DNA from: Camelus dromedarius
Lineage: Eukaryota
Reading direction: 5' to 3'
DNA: 64,000 nt
NCBI RefSeq assembly: GCF_036321535.1
Contig: NC_087437.1
Location: 83,764,001-83,828,000, forward strand
The notes under the pieces are model-generated. The model saw nothing but the letters and a program-made list of their open reading frames with translations. It searched no databases and was not told where the DNA came from. Shown piece after piece: positions 37,050-49,946 of this stretch (position 1 is the stretch's first letter; every line of letters starts with the position of its first letter). The translations under genes and the position numbers were made by a program.

Positions 37050-38270
37050 ATTTGCTCATCCATTTATCACTTTATTTTTTTTTTCATTTTGTTCATTAAT
37101 GAAGCAGACACTTACTGAGCACTTGCTATGTGCCATATGGTGAGATACAGCATAGAGACTTCCTGCTGTCCTCATGAGATACTTAGGGACACAAACGTAT
37201 AACAAGTAATAAGGACAACACTGTGTTCTAGGTGCTATGTTAGATGTTTGAGTAGGTAATCACAGGAATAAAATTTTAAAATAATAAAATGTTTGGGTAG
37301 GGAAAAAAAAAAGAAGTCATAATTCTATGTGGAGGAGGGAAGTTTTGATTTGAACCTAAAAAGGAATAGTGTTTGCCACTGAGAAAAAGGAGAGGGACAT
37401 GCCAGGCAGAAGGAGCTGTTCTGGGGAGCGTAAGTGGTTAACAGAGCTGAAGTATGCACAGCAATTAGCAAAAATCAGCCCAGAGAGGAGGCAAGTGCCA
37501 GATCAATGGGGCGTTGAATACTCTGCCAAAGAACTTGGACTCTGCCCCTCAGTCTGTGGGAAAACTTGGAGATTTTTATGCAGGGGAGTAATTTTATCTA
37601 TTTTGTATTTTACAAAGATGACTCCTACAGCAGTGGGTAGAATGAATTGAAGGGTAGCAAAAACTGAGGAAGGGATACAAGTTATGTGATTCTTTCTCTA
37701 AAATTAAGGAAATAAATGACTAAAAATTTATCATTTTCAAGTTAGTAATGGAAATGAAAAGGATGAATAAATTTAAGAGTAGAGACAAGATGGTTTGGTT
37801 CTGGATTAAATGTGAAGAGTAAGGGAAAGGAAGAATCTATGATAATTCCTGAGTTTATGCTTGAGGAGAACCATATTTGGGGAAAAGATGATGATTTCTG
37901 TTTTGGGCATAATCTGAGCTGTGCATTTGATATCTAGGTGCAGAAAAGCATCCAGCTGTACATATTTCGAACTCAGGAGAATGATGTTGCCTATAACTTT
38001 GAATTTGGTAACCCATGAATGGCCATTGATGCCCAGAATAAAAAGAGAAGAGGATTGATGCTTGAATATTGGACTGTATCAATACTGAAGAGCAGAGGAA
38101 AAGGAGGACATAACAAAGACATAAAACAGTTAGTCAGAGGAACAGGTGGAGAGCTGGGAGAGAAGAGTATCAAATAAGACTCGAGAGGCTTTCTAGAAGG
38201 GAATAGGCCAAAGTGGCAAGTGTTATAAAGAAATATGAGATGACCAATACTAATCCAATGGTTGTTGAAT
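37050..38270 (-). mobile_element. L2 LINE, about 1.2 kb remnant
   Basis: Reverse L2 tail (ttcattaatgaagcagacacttactgagcacttgctatgtgcca) followed by a purine-rich L2 body. Confidence 0.75.
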
Positions 38271-38374
38271 ATTCTTATTTTCAAAAGTCAATAGACTTAA
38301 AATATATGAATAGTGCCACATTTAGAAAATAATAAAATACTTCCGAATTTAACTATGACTGACTTTAATGTGGC

Positions 38375-38855
38375 TGTTTTATTCTCCTAAAGATGCTGTA
38401 ACAAAGTACCATGGATGGTCTAAAACAACAGAAATATGTTCTCCCACAGTTCTGGAGTCTGAAAGCCTGAAATCAGGGTGTTGGCAGTGCTAATTCCTCC
38501 TGAGGGCTTTAAATGATAATTCGGTTTCATGTCTCTCTTAGCTTCTGGAGATGCCCTCAATTCTTGGTATCCCTTGGCTTGTAAATACATCACCCCGCTC
38601 TCTGCTTCTACCTTCGCAAGGCTGTCTTCTCCCTACGTGTCTCTGTGTCTTCACATGGCATTCTCCTCCTTGTGTATCTCTTTCTCCTCTTCTTATAAGG
38701 AAAACCTGTCATATTAGATTAAGGGCTTATCCTATTCCACTAGGACCCCATCTTAACTAATTACATCTGCAGCCACTCTATTTCCAAATAGGGTCATGGT
38801 CTGGCAGGGAGAACATCAACATATCTTTTTTGGGGGACAAAATTCAATCCATAAT
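38375..38855 (-). mobile_element. MLT1A/B/C-type MaLR LTR
   Basis: gctgtaacaaagtacca...aaaacaacagaaat...cacagttctggag...catcttaactaattacatctgc...ggggacaaaattcaatccataata. Confidence 0.88.
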
Positions 38856-39329
38856 AGTGGTCAACATTACACTGGACACTTTCACACATTATCATATTAA
38901 ATCTTAAGAGCACTCTGTAAAGAATCATTAGCTCCATTTTATAGATAACGTTGCTGGATTTCTTCTATTGTAATCTGTGTGAATGATGCCCTCTGAAGCT
39001 GAGTAATATAGCAGGACTGTTTTTAGTTCTGGCATATGAGCCTTTAAGTTATTTTTTCTTTACCATATCATACATAAAATTGCAATGATGTATATACTTT
39101 TAAACCAATTTACATATGAAGAGAGTAGACTCAGAAAGGCTTGGCAGCTTACTCAAGGTCACACAATTAGGTCTCCTGCCTCCAGTACCAATGCTCTTTC
39201 TATAATATCACAATATTAAGTGGGCCAGAGGTGATGTCATCTTAATAACTAAATAAAAAATGAAGCCAACTGAAAGCAATGGACATCTCCTGATTTTGCT
39301 TATCTACAATTCATGTTCCTTCAGTCTTG

Positions 39330-39801
39330 GAAGAGCCCATGAATTTTCCTTAAAAAGCACCCTCCCCTTCTCCGATTTTGTGGGTTTCTATTTGGTAGTA
39401 GTGGGGTTTAAATCTATCCCTCCATCCCTGTTGAGCTCTAGGGGTGAGCCTATGGCATGTCAGGCCAATGAAGCTCAATTCCTGGACTTTGCTACAACTA
39501 TTAGGGAATGAAGGACATTATTCATTGGAATTGAAGTAGGTAGAGGGTTAACCTCAAGATACAGTGGCTGCCATATTAACAATAGCTCAGAATAAAGAAT
39601 AAAGCATAGCTAAGAGACTAAAAGACCAGCTTAAAACAAAACAAAACAAAACAAAACAAAACAAAACCCACCTAGATTCAGCCATACCTGCAGCTAAATG
39701 ATCCTGAATCTCTAGTTGCAAGACTTAATAAATTTTCTTTGGATGAAGACAATATGACCTTGATTTCTGTGACTTCTTACCAAAAGTGCCCTGGCAAATA
39801 C
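39330..39801 (+). mobile_element. Old MLT1-type LTR carrying an (AAAAC)7 run
   Basis: cctagattcagccatacctgcagcta...taataaattttctt...ccctggcaaataca 3' end. Confidence 0.6.
39633..39667. repeat. (AAAAC)7 pentanucleotide repeat
   Basis: Read directly. Confidence 0.95.
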
Positions 39802-40496
39802 ATTTGGTAATAAACATGGATAATCAATATGTAAAATTGACTTCAAGTCATTGCTCAGTATTAGATTACAAATCAATGTTGTTTATTAATCCAAGATTTA
39901 GTGATAATTAAGGATATGATATTTAGCAGAATCATTCCTTAGAGTCTCAAGTTTCTCATTGAAATTAAGGGGGCTTGGCTAGAAAACTTTACTACTGAGA
40001 TTCCCTGCCAGTGTTTACTTGGTAAATTATATATTCTTCCTTTCTTTATGAGATCTTCCCATGGTAAGAACTTGAAAATTTAAAAAATGTTAATAAATAT
40101 GTGGGAAATATATTTGTATTTATAATAATAAATTATGACATTTTATTATATTAATATCTAATCTATTCAAGGTACATTCTGCTATTTAGTTACTATCAGA
40201 GCTAATGACTTGTCAAAGGTAAAATTACTAAGAAAGCAGAATTTAAAACTTTCTTTTCAGAATTAATAAATCATACACATAGTTATTCCAACACAAATTC
40301 TTCTCACTTTAAGCTGCAATTATAGGTTATAATGGTCATCTGTAATAATAAAACTGTTAATATTACTTCAAATGCACAATTACTTGATTATTTTCTTTAA
40401 GCTAATTTTCCTTAAATATTTATAATGTGCTTTATATATCATGGCATCTGGTTAAGGTAGGAAGCTTCATGGAACTGTTCTTGACTGCTCAGATTC

Positions 40497-40552
40497 CTTT
40501 AGATATTTACTCAATTGATTTCTTTAGATATTTACTCAATTGATTTCTTTAG
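40497..40552. repeat. Perfect 25-bp tandem duplication
   Basis: ctttagatatttactcaattgattt twice, followed by ctttag. Confidence 0.95.
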
Positions 40553-42244
40553 GTGCTTGTGAAACAAAATTGTCTTTCTTAACAACAAATTTTGGTAGGG
40601 GACTCCTTGACTCACTTCTGGTTTTTATTGCTCTCTGTAAACCACCTCTCCCTTGGCATGTGGACTGGATGTCAGGAATATCATCTAAATGCTGATGAAA
40701 GTCACCTCTATCCTTCACTTCCTACTCTCTTTTCTGACACTGGGAATGGTAATTTTCAAGTTTTTTCTGCCTCCAAGGTGCTGTATTTGCCAGATATTTA
40801 CTTGGAACATGCGTAAGCTTTCATTCTCTTATGACCTCTGATTATGCAGTGATTGGTCTTAAAGGGTATAACAGCTGCAGACAACTTTTCCAGCTTTGAC
40901 ATTAACATCAGAGATCTTTGCACATTGAAATTTTTATATTGATTAAATCCAACAAAATGTTACTATTCTCTTCTTTTTGTTTTCTTGTATGTAATCCATT
41001 ATGTATGAATTATTTACCTTTTGGGAAAAGAAAACGTTGGATGGAAATTTTTATCATGATCCATGTATCACAGTTTTTAATACTCAATATTACTTGCAAT
41101 TTTTTTCTATTTATTCTTTCTTTAAATTTCAACCATGCACTTTTCACCAATGGGCCTGAGGCACTGAGAACAATTTTTAAAATTTGCCTTTATTGTAGCT
41201 GAACTGGCTTTATGGCCCATTTTTGTAAATATGCTATTTTTAATGTGTGTTGTGGTTACTTACAGTAAACAAAATGCACATCAAGAAAAAAGAAAGTGAA
41301 ACATTTGCTTAGCATTTAAAATTTGTAGTTTTGCCAATCAATATAAATTCTATTGTGAGAAAAAATATCTGTAATATAAACATAGTATTTTATATAAGTC
41401 CCATGTAGTAGAATTATTATAAAGCATGGCAAGCACATAGTTAAAAATTCAAATGCTTCGATTCAAAATGGTATTAAATGACAACTAAAAGGTCTACCAG
41501 CCCTTGTAACCCTTTTGCTCCTTAGAGATAGCCATTTTTTATACATTTCTGATTTGTTTTTCTAGGGATCATAATAATTCTAAGTAATATATTTTTACTG
41601 GTATTTTTTGATTTATCTGATTTAAATAGAATCAACTGACACCCTGTTAATATACTGACTTCTTCCTGAGTTTTGTTAGTTACTTTTGTTAGTTCTTTTC
41701 AGTTTTTTCCCACTAATTAACTCAATGCTTTTAAATAACATTTTAAATTCTATTAATTATTCCATCAACATTTCACTATGTGAGAAGAAAAAATGTCATT
41801 AGCTTCTACCTTCTGATTTGTCAGTTTTATCATTCTTTTAAATTCATATAACCTCGTATCTGTAACTATTAATATGATTTTGTTTCATTCTTGGCTTGTA
41901 GATTGATTATGAACATTTGATACTAAAAAATCGGGTTTATATTAGTTTGTTCACATAATTATTTTCTGCAAAACCCACTATTGTGATTAATTTGTAGAAA
42001 AGGAAGTACAATTCTATCACTAATCCTGTTATTTTTGAAGGAGAATGTTTCAGACCTCAAAGTTAAAAGAAAGTTTAAGAATTAAACTCCATTCACTGGA
42101 TAGCTCACTCCATACTTCTGTCTGTATCCTATTTGAATTAGGAACTTTCTTGTAAAATATATTTACTTTTTCTGAAGTTTTTAAACAAAATTTGCTTCTA
42201 CATTTGCATTTCTATCATAAATTTGATACCAAAACAACTAAAGT

Positions 42245-42760
42245 GATGGTTTTAAAACATAAATTTGATCATGTCACCCTCTCCCCCTATCACAAATTTC
42301 CCACCTACTCCCAGAATAAAATCCATACCCCGCCTCTTGTCTGTGAGTTCCTGTAGGGTCTACCTCCTGCTTACTTCTCTGGCATTCTTTCCTGTTACCT
42401 CCTTCCTTGTTTGCTATTTTATAGCCTTTTTGCTGTTGTGTTACTTTTAAAGTTTTTCACCTCTGGGTCTTTTTTACTGGTTTTTCTCTTTACCTGGAAA
42501 ACGCTTCCTACAGATTTTCATGTGACTATTTTTTTACCTCAGTCCCCTCACACATCACATTCTGAGAAATCTCCACTCACACCCAACTTCAAACAGTCCT
42601 TGCCCTCACCCTCTATCCTTTTATACTGCTTTAGTCTCGCTTTTAGCAGCTGTCAACCTTTCCATTATATTATGCATTATTTATTCTCTGTCTGTTACAC
42701 ACTAAGTCCTCCACGAGAACAGGGTCTTTGCTATCTCGTTGTGGATGCTATATTCTCAGC
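42245..42760 (+). mobile_element. L2 LINE fragment
   Basis: tttaaaacataaatttgatcatgtcaccc...taagtcctccacgagaacagggtctttgctatctcgtt. Confidence 0.7.
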
Positions 42761-42843
42761 TTTTCTAATTTTCAAAAAGAAGCTATTCAATGGATTTTGT
42801 CCAAAGATGAGTGAAAAATATATGCTCACTATACTAGTAAGAC

Positions 42844-43037
42844 CAAAGCTGTTCAATAGAGTCTTCAGCGATGACGAAAATATTTTATATACGTGCAGTG
42901 CAATCTAGTGGCCACTAGCAGTATGTGGCTGTTGAGCACTGAAAACGTGGCTAGTGTGACTAAGGAAAGCAAATTTAAGTTCAAATACAAATAGGTGTGT
43001 GTGGCTAGTAGCTAGTCACTAGTGACTGGATGCACTG
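42844..43037 (+). mobile_element. MER3 hAT-Charlie DNA transposon
   Basis: gctgttcaatagag...gccactagcagtatgtggctgttgagcactgaaaacgtggctagtgtgactaagg matches recalled MER3. Confidence 0.85.
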
Positions 43038-43230
43038 GCTTCACAATCACACTGTTGAACAAGACCCTTACCGTTCTTCTATTTAAAGATACTCTTTTGG
43101 AGATTTAAGACTACTTTTCTAATTCAGGCTAATTGTTCTCAAGGCATTGTATATAGCTGTCCTCAATGGATATCTTTTATTTCAGCTCACTACCACATTT
43201 TTGGGAACCCAAGTCTTCCTATTTATAAAT

Positions 43231-43299
43231 ATGTGTGTGTGCGTGTGTGTGTGTATACATACATATATATGTATATATATGTGTGTGTGTGTATATATA
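43231..43299. repeat. Mixed (TG)n/(TA)n dinucleotide repeat
   Basis: Read directly. Confidence 0.92.
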
Positions 43300-46200
43300 A
43301 TTTCAATAATGATTTCAGAAAGAGGAAGTTTCTTATTCCTTGCACATCTAAACAGTTCTTTGTTTTTGACTTTCATTCTAGATAGTTTAGCTGAAATTTT
43401 TCCCTGAATGTCAGCCAGTTCTTATTTTATGGATGCTATATATTTTCCACTCTTTCTGAGAAAATAAAATAGCCTTTTAAAAAAAGAGTTTCTTATGTTT
43501 CCTGAATAGTTTTTATGGTCAATATTTATATTTTTTCCTCTTACTGCTTTGCTTTTGTGTCCTTGGTTCTTCTCAAAATCTGGTAAGCCTAGTTGTCCAT
43601 TCTCCATTCCCAGAGCTGCTTCCCTAATCAAGGAGGCTAACTAATTGCTCTTGCCTGGCAGGTTTTAACTCTAGGATGCATGAATGGATGGTGGGTAGGC
43701 AAATCTCCCCGTGCATTTTCCCAGGCAAAAAATAAGGAAACTTTACTCCGGGCTCCCAGTGCCCACATAGGAGCTCTGCTGCTCTTCAGGCATCTTGCTT
43801 TACTTCTTTAGAAAGCCTGCGTCCCCTCTTAGCCTGAGGCTGTATGCCACCCTTCCAGCACCTCGGAATAAAAGGAAGTGGGGGAAGAAGTAAGTGGAGA
43901 AGGGGTAGTTTGGTAGAAATTTATTCATTAGCCCACTCTGATTTCTGATTACTTTCCCACCTTCCCTCTCTGATGATTCAGAACTTCATTGTTCCTCAAA
44001 GAATGGCTCTGACAGTTTTACTTGTGGATTTCTTGAGCTGTAAGTCCTGCTTCTCTGATTAATCTATCTACTCAAAACCATCTATTTGATGGTTCTATTT
44101 GCACATATTCATCAAAATCTGTAGAGATTTCTCCCATTATTTTTGATATTAATTCAGATTTGTTTTCCCTTTTGTGCATTGTCCTTATCATTTCAGTGGA
44201 ATTTTGGGAGGAAGGTAAAGTTAATTCAAGCTTTCACCTTGCTTTTATTAATGGCTGTGTGTACCGTGTAATACTGATGATACTGGTTATATGTATTGTG
44301 CAATACTGGTAATATTGGTAGTTTGTTTTTATCTTAACCTGTTCTGGACTGGCCTCTTGCCAGCCTTCTATATTATTTACTCTGAAGCTCTCAGAGTATG
44401 CATCTTTATGCATGCCACACATTACTTACAAATAAATCCTATTATTTCCAGTATTTTCAACATTGAGATGCATTTTTTCTCTAAATTAAATCTATGCATG
44501 CCTTGCACATGTTGGCTGGTTTACTATCAATTTCTATAAGTTATCAGTAAATATTATAGTAAACAATTCCTAAAACAAATATTTTAAAGTTATAAATAAT
44601 TGTATTTTGTCTCATTATTAGTATAAATAGAAAGGTTCAATCTAACAAAAATATTCATATTCTAAGTTCTGATATTCTTGGTAAGTCCAGAGATAAAGCT
44701 GATTGTCATACTTATTTTTGTTTAACATATATCAAATACTACATGTATATTTCCCACAAATATTGTAAAGCTGCACTGCTTCCTAAAAAAAAGTATTTGA
44801 GATGAAAAGCTTAGACACATTTTATCAAAGCCTTTTAAAGTATTATTTTACCTCCATTTTTTCTAAGATACACTAATATTGCCTTATGCACATATATGCT
44901 TGCAAATATATACTTATGTATATAGGAGATAGAAATGCAGCAGAAAGCACAGGGAAAAGGAGAAAGAGGACATGAGACAGAACAGCCAAGGCAATGGGAG
45001 AGACAGGAAATAAGCAAATGTGAGGGGGAAAACAGAAAATCTAAGATTTACTCATTGACTGAACAGAAGGTAGCCAGTGGCCTGGTAAAACGCTCACCTC
45101 TCTTGCAGAACCTGAGGTGAAGTCTGTCGATTCTGAATCTATTTTGGGGAGCCCAGTAGCTGAGTGGATGCTCTTATCATGAGAGTGGAAGTTCTGCTGC
45201 AGTTAGCTGACTGTGGTTGTGGGAAAAAAAATTGCCATTCCTGCTTGAGATGAATATGCCTTCAATCAGCTGGAAAAGGACCTCCCAGCCCTGCTGCAGA
45301 AACCCAAGAATCAAGTGGCCCCACTTCCTCCATCCCCTCTTATGCTTCAGTAGATAAGCTCTACACTGGAAAAGAAAATCTGAGTAGTATTTTAGTGATT
45401 GCCAAGTCTCTCACTATTTGCCTTGCACCTGTGCTGAGGGACCAATCCTCTGACATGAATCATTAAGGAAGAGTTAAGCAGAGTTTAAAAAGGAGACCAA
45501 GCTGAACCACCACAGCAGATGGCTCCTCTATGGCAGATACGGTTGATGAAATGGAAGAGTAATCAAAAATGTGTGCTGAGATTTCTTAAGGTGATACAAT
45601 AAGATATTGTGACAGAAAAAGAAAAAAGCATTAGGAAAATTTTACAAAGGGAAGGACAGTACTGAAAACTCAATGCTCATTTTTTAAAAATATAAAAGAA
45701 CCATCTTAAAATCACACAAGAATGGATAATCTCAAGTTAAGAAATAAATTATAAAGGAGGATTAATTCAGGATATCTAGTGTGAATATTCTGAGTTCTAG
45801 CAGGAGCAAAAAAACTGAGGTGAAGCAATTTCCAAAGAAATAACTAAAGAAAACTCCCATAGAATGGAGGAAAAAGTGACTTTTCCTCAAGGGCACACTG
45901 AGAACTAGTCAGAATTAATGTAAAGAAGACATATTCTTAGATATATATTGGGGACATATAAGGTGCAGAGACTATCTTATACATTTCTAGACAGAGATAG
46001 GAGGTTAAAATTAATATCCTTGGTTAATAATCAGTTATATACCCTAGGTTAATAAAGAGTGAGGGTCATGAATAGGCAATTGTCTGAGAAAGAGATGAAA
46101 AAAGCTAATAAACATAAAAATAATGCTAAATAACCCATATAGTCGAAGTTCTGCAAATTAAAGCAGTAATGAGGTGCTTTTACAATCAGTCACATTGGTA

Positions 46201-46624
46201 AAAATTAAAAAGATGAGTAACAGGTATTGCTAAGTAAAAATTAATAGTCACTCAATCCTTTAAGAGGATCCTAAATTGATACAATATTTTGGAAAGTAAC
46301 TTGCTGTATCTATTTTTAAAGAATATCACATATCCTTTGATTTAAGTATTACACTTCTAAGAATCTATCCTATAATAATAAAAGCATGATCTGCATGTAA
46401 ATTACAGCATAGTCTAAGAACAAGGAAAAAAGGGAAGAAATCTAAACATTTATTATTAAGTGAAAGTTTGAATAAAATATAATATGCTAATATAGGACAG
46501 ACAAAATTGAAAGAGAGATTTTCAGGTACTAATCTGGTACATGTTATTTTTGTAGCATGGCTATCACCCCCTCAATATCCATTATTTCATTTTTTTTTTT
46601 TTACTGTAACAGAGCCCATTGTTT

Positions 46625-46748
46625 TATTTTTTATTTAACTTTTAAAATTTAGATATAATACACATACTATAAAATTCATGCTTTTAGTTGGTTTTTAATT
46701 CTGTGATTTTAGTATATGCACAAAGTGGTATGTAAACATCACTATCAT
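46625..46748 (-). mobile_element. L1M 3'-end fragment
   Basis: ttagatataatacacatactataaaattcatgctttt...ttttagtatatgcacaaagt. Confidence 0.7.
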
Positions 46749-46761
46749 CTGGAGATGTTTT

Positions 46762-47293
46762 AAAACGTCTCCAGGATTTGCTTTATCAGGTAGAGTAAGA
46801 CACGCAGACTGAAATGACAGTCATGAAGGAAGAAGCATTTTATACTCAAAGATCTCTAGAAACAGGAGACATAGCACATCACAAAGGGCCACGAATGGGA
46901 GCACCAGGGTTGGTCAGGAGGAAGAGGGAGTGAGGGGAATGTGGGTGAGCCTTTGTTAGGATTTTAGCAGGAAGGAGTGGGTCAGGCAGTGTAAGCAGGA
47001 GGAGCAAGTTTAGGATTCGCTAGTTTAAATAATTTTGCAGACTTTGGGATATAGGGGCTGCTCCTAGTTGTCTGATACCTGGCCCTGGGGTGATCAGAAT
47101 GGGGAAAGATAGCTTGGGATGTGCTCAATAAAGAAGGTGGGGAGTGTGGACTTCAGATCTATCGGTTTGCACATGAAAGGTCCATGTAGATAGGAATTGG
47201 CTAGCCCTGGAAGGGTCAGTCTCTCCAGCATCAGTAAGGCCCATATTTCAAAGCATCAGAAAATACAGAAAATAAAAAGGCATGATTAACACA
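46762..47293 (-). mobile_element. MER76-like ERVL LTR
   Basis: gacacgcagac...gtcatgaaggaagaag...agcaccagggttggtcaggagg...taggattcgctagtttaaataa...ctggccctggggtgat matches recalled MER76 in reverse. Confidence 0.75.
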
Positions 47294-47567
47294 GATAAAC
47301 ATGATCACCAAGGTAAGAACTACATTCCCCAGCCTCTCTGACAGCTGTTCTCAGCATAATCTTCATGAAGTGTTCTTCATGTGACCAGCAAGCAGTGTTC
47401 TCTCTCCTGCTGGCTAGAGGGTGGACAGATAGTTAGAACTAGGGCAACATCGTGGCTTATGAGGCTGAAGTCCCATTGAGAGGAATAATAAATGAGATAG
47501 AAGGAAACTGACTCCTTAATGATCATGCAACCAATCAGTGGGGAAGAATAAAGTTTTATCTTATTTT

Positions 47568-47716
47568 TTTTAAATTGAAATATAGTCAGTTTACAATGTT
47601 GTGTAAATTTCAACCTTCCTACACTGCTGGTGGGAATGCAGTTTGGTACACCCACTATGGAAAACACTGAATGGAGATTCCTTAAAAAAAACTAAAAATA
47701 GACTTACCATATGATC
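47568..47716 (-). mobile_element. Twin-primed (5'-inverted) truncated L1 insertion, about 150 bp
   Basis: 11-bp TSD TATCTTATTTT at 47557-47567 and 47717-47727. L1 3' terminus on minus (47568-47612) is joined to an ORF2-end segment on plus (about 47612-47716). Confidence 0.88.
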
Positions 47717-48113
47717 TATCTTATTTTAAGCCACCATGATTCTAGTTGTTCAGCTACTCAAACATAATTCTAAATAATACAATTGCTAAATTAAAAATAC
47801 TGCAACTAACTTGCATAGCATGATTTCAGTTCTGTTCATTAAATAATATAGAGAGAGGTATAGATAGAGATGCATCTATGTAAGTTTATAGAACATTTAG
47901 GAAGCCTATCTCTGGATTATTAACAGGGGTTAACTCTAGGGGATGGAGCAGTATGGCAGGAAGATAATCATATTTTATATTTTTTTCTAGTGAAAATATT
48001 CAACCTTTTCACTTCCATTTGCAATTTCATAGTCTTTTACATCATAAATCTACTTTGGCGTCATTTATTTTAACAAAAATTTTCAGAGCCCCTTATCACT
48101 TCTGGTCCAAATC

Positions 48114-48660
48114 TTTTTTTTTTTTTTTTTTAACAGACTTTATTTTTTAGAGCAGTTTCAGGTTCACAGCAGAACTGAGCAGGAAATACAGAGAGTTCGC
48201 ACATAGCCCCCTCCACTCACATATATATATATACTCCCCTACCCTCAACATCCCTTATCAGTGTGGCATATTTGGTATAATCGATGAACCGACATGGACA
48301 CATTATTATCAACCAAAGTCCATAGTTTACATTAGGGTTCACTCTTGATGTTGTACATTCTATGGGTTTTGACAAATGCATAATGACATGTAGCCACCAC
48401 TATAGTACTATACAGAGTAATTTCATTGCCCTAAAAATTCCTTGTGCTCCACTTGTTCGTTCCTCCCTCCCTCCCTCTCCCCAAACCCCTGGAAACCATG
48501 ATCTTTTTATTGTTTCTGTAGCTGTGCCTTTTCCAGAATGTCATTTGGTTGGAATAATACAGTTTATAGCCTTTTTAGACTGGCTTCTTTCATTTAGTAA
48601 TTACGTCTTTTAAGTTTCTTCTATTTCTTTCATGGCTTGATAGCTCATTTCTTTATTTTT
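48114..48660 (-). mobile_element. L1MC1/2-like 3' end with poly(A) tail
   Basis: T-run then agactttattttttagagcagtttcaggttcacagc...gtccatagtttacattagggttcactcttg. Confidence 0.85.
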
Positions 48661-48816
48661 TCCACCGCACGTATATTTTTTAATTTACATATATGTACTG
48701 TTCATTGTTTCTAAGAATGTTTAGAGCTTTAGCTTTTTGAACTTACATAGTTATCAAAGGAATAAAGCCAACCACAAAATAAGAATTAATTCAAAAAGAT
48801 ACACTCTGTTATTAAC

Positions 48817-48905
48817 AGCAACATTATTTATACTTGCCAAGCTATGGAAGCATACCAAGTGCACTTCAACAGCTGAATAGATAATGAAGATGCAGCATAT
48901 ATATA
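48817..48905 (+). mobile_element. Short L1 ORF2-end fragment
   Basis: agcaacattatttatacttgccaagctatggaagcataccaagtgc...gaatagataatgaagatg. Confidence 0.65.
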
Positions 48906-49339
48906 ATCACATTTTACATTTAATAATACTTTTTAAATGGGAGGGTTATGATTTACTTTCACTGTTTATATTTTTGGTTTTGTTCAAATATAAATTTTAA
49001 AAAATCCATTTATTTTCTTAACTCCTTTTATTAAGCTCATATTGAAAGAAAACATAAATTGTAGTTAATGAACATCTCAATCATGGTTACACTAAAAGCT
49101 GTTGCTGTAAACAATGCATTTTTCATAAAATATCTGTTTTTTCTCATTCTGTTATTTCATGACTCACCCTGCAAATCTGATAGTGTATGTTATTGTCATC
49201 CATAGATTGCAATACAAATATAGAAATAGTTATGCTTGTAATTATCAAAACCAAACAAGTAACTTTTCTAGAGATATTTTTAAACCCATATAGTGAACAG
49301 CAATCACTTCTTTTTTTGTTTAACCTTTGGGGAAATCCC

Positions 49340-49720
49340 CTTGCTAATTCCAAGCTATTGTCAGTCTTTCTTTCCAGAGGGGACAGTGTGTTGCACAGTT
49401 CAGCCAGAGCATCTTATCCACCTGGACACAATGATTACACCAAAGATTTGCATATGGCCCATCTAGGGACAACTCAGTCACTAGATCTTCAGGGAACCAT
49501 CCTTCCCACCAAGTGGAAAGAATCTGCCTAAAAAGGAAGCCAAAGAGAGCACGCAGAAAAAAGTAGAGGTAATGTTTTGGTCTGTTTGTGATTTTACTGT
49601 CATGTAAGCCCTGGATCTAGCTATCCCTGTCCCTGGATTAATGTTGGACTTTTTAGTTATGTGACCCAATAAGTTATTTTTGTTTCCTTAAATTAGTATG
49701 AGTTGGGCTTATGTCATTGA
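49340..49720 (+). mobile_element. Old MLT1-type LTR
   Basis: gccctggatctagctatccctg...cttttt agttatgtgacccaataag...ttagtatgagttgggc. Confidence 0.6.
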
Positions 49721-49867
49721 TTAGTTTACTCCTTTATCTGGCAAGATGTTTTCCTCAATTGTTTGAAGGGTTCAGTTATTAAAAAACATACTGTGCATAC
49801 ATGTAACGTTCCATTTCTAAGTTGGCCAACTCACTTGCAAATTTAATTTATTAGAAATGGTTCCTCA

Positions 49868-49946
49868 TAGGTAGAACCGTATGAAATTTCCTACATTCAA
49901 AAAATTTTGACCTACAAAAGTGGCAATTTCATAAGGTTGTTTAATT
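49868..49946 (+). mobile_element. MADE2 mariner MITE
   Basis: taggtagaaccgtatgaaatttcc...ttttgacctacaaaagtggcaatttcataaggtt matches the recalled ~80-bp palindromic MADE2. Confidence 0.8.

Larger units (their letters stand above)
46550..47782 (+). mobile_element. MLT1-type LTR hosting nested insertions
   Basis: 5' part at about 46550-46620 (caatatccattatt...gtaacagagccc), resumes at about 47300 (actacattccccagcctctctg), 3' end ttttaagccacc...ctaaataataca. Confidence 0.6.

Noticed and set aside
42411..42908. 165-aa plus-strand ORF, the longest in the track
   Set aside because: Runs through L2 and MER3 remnants; low-complexity L/F/S composition.
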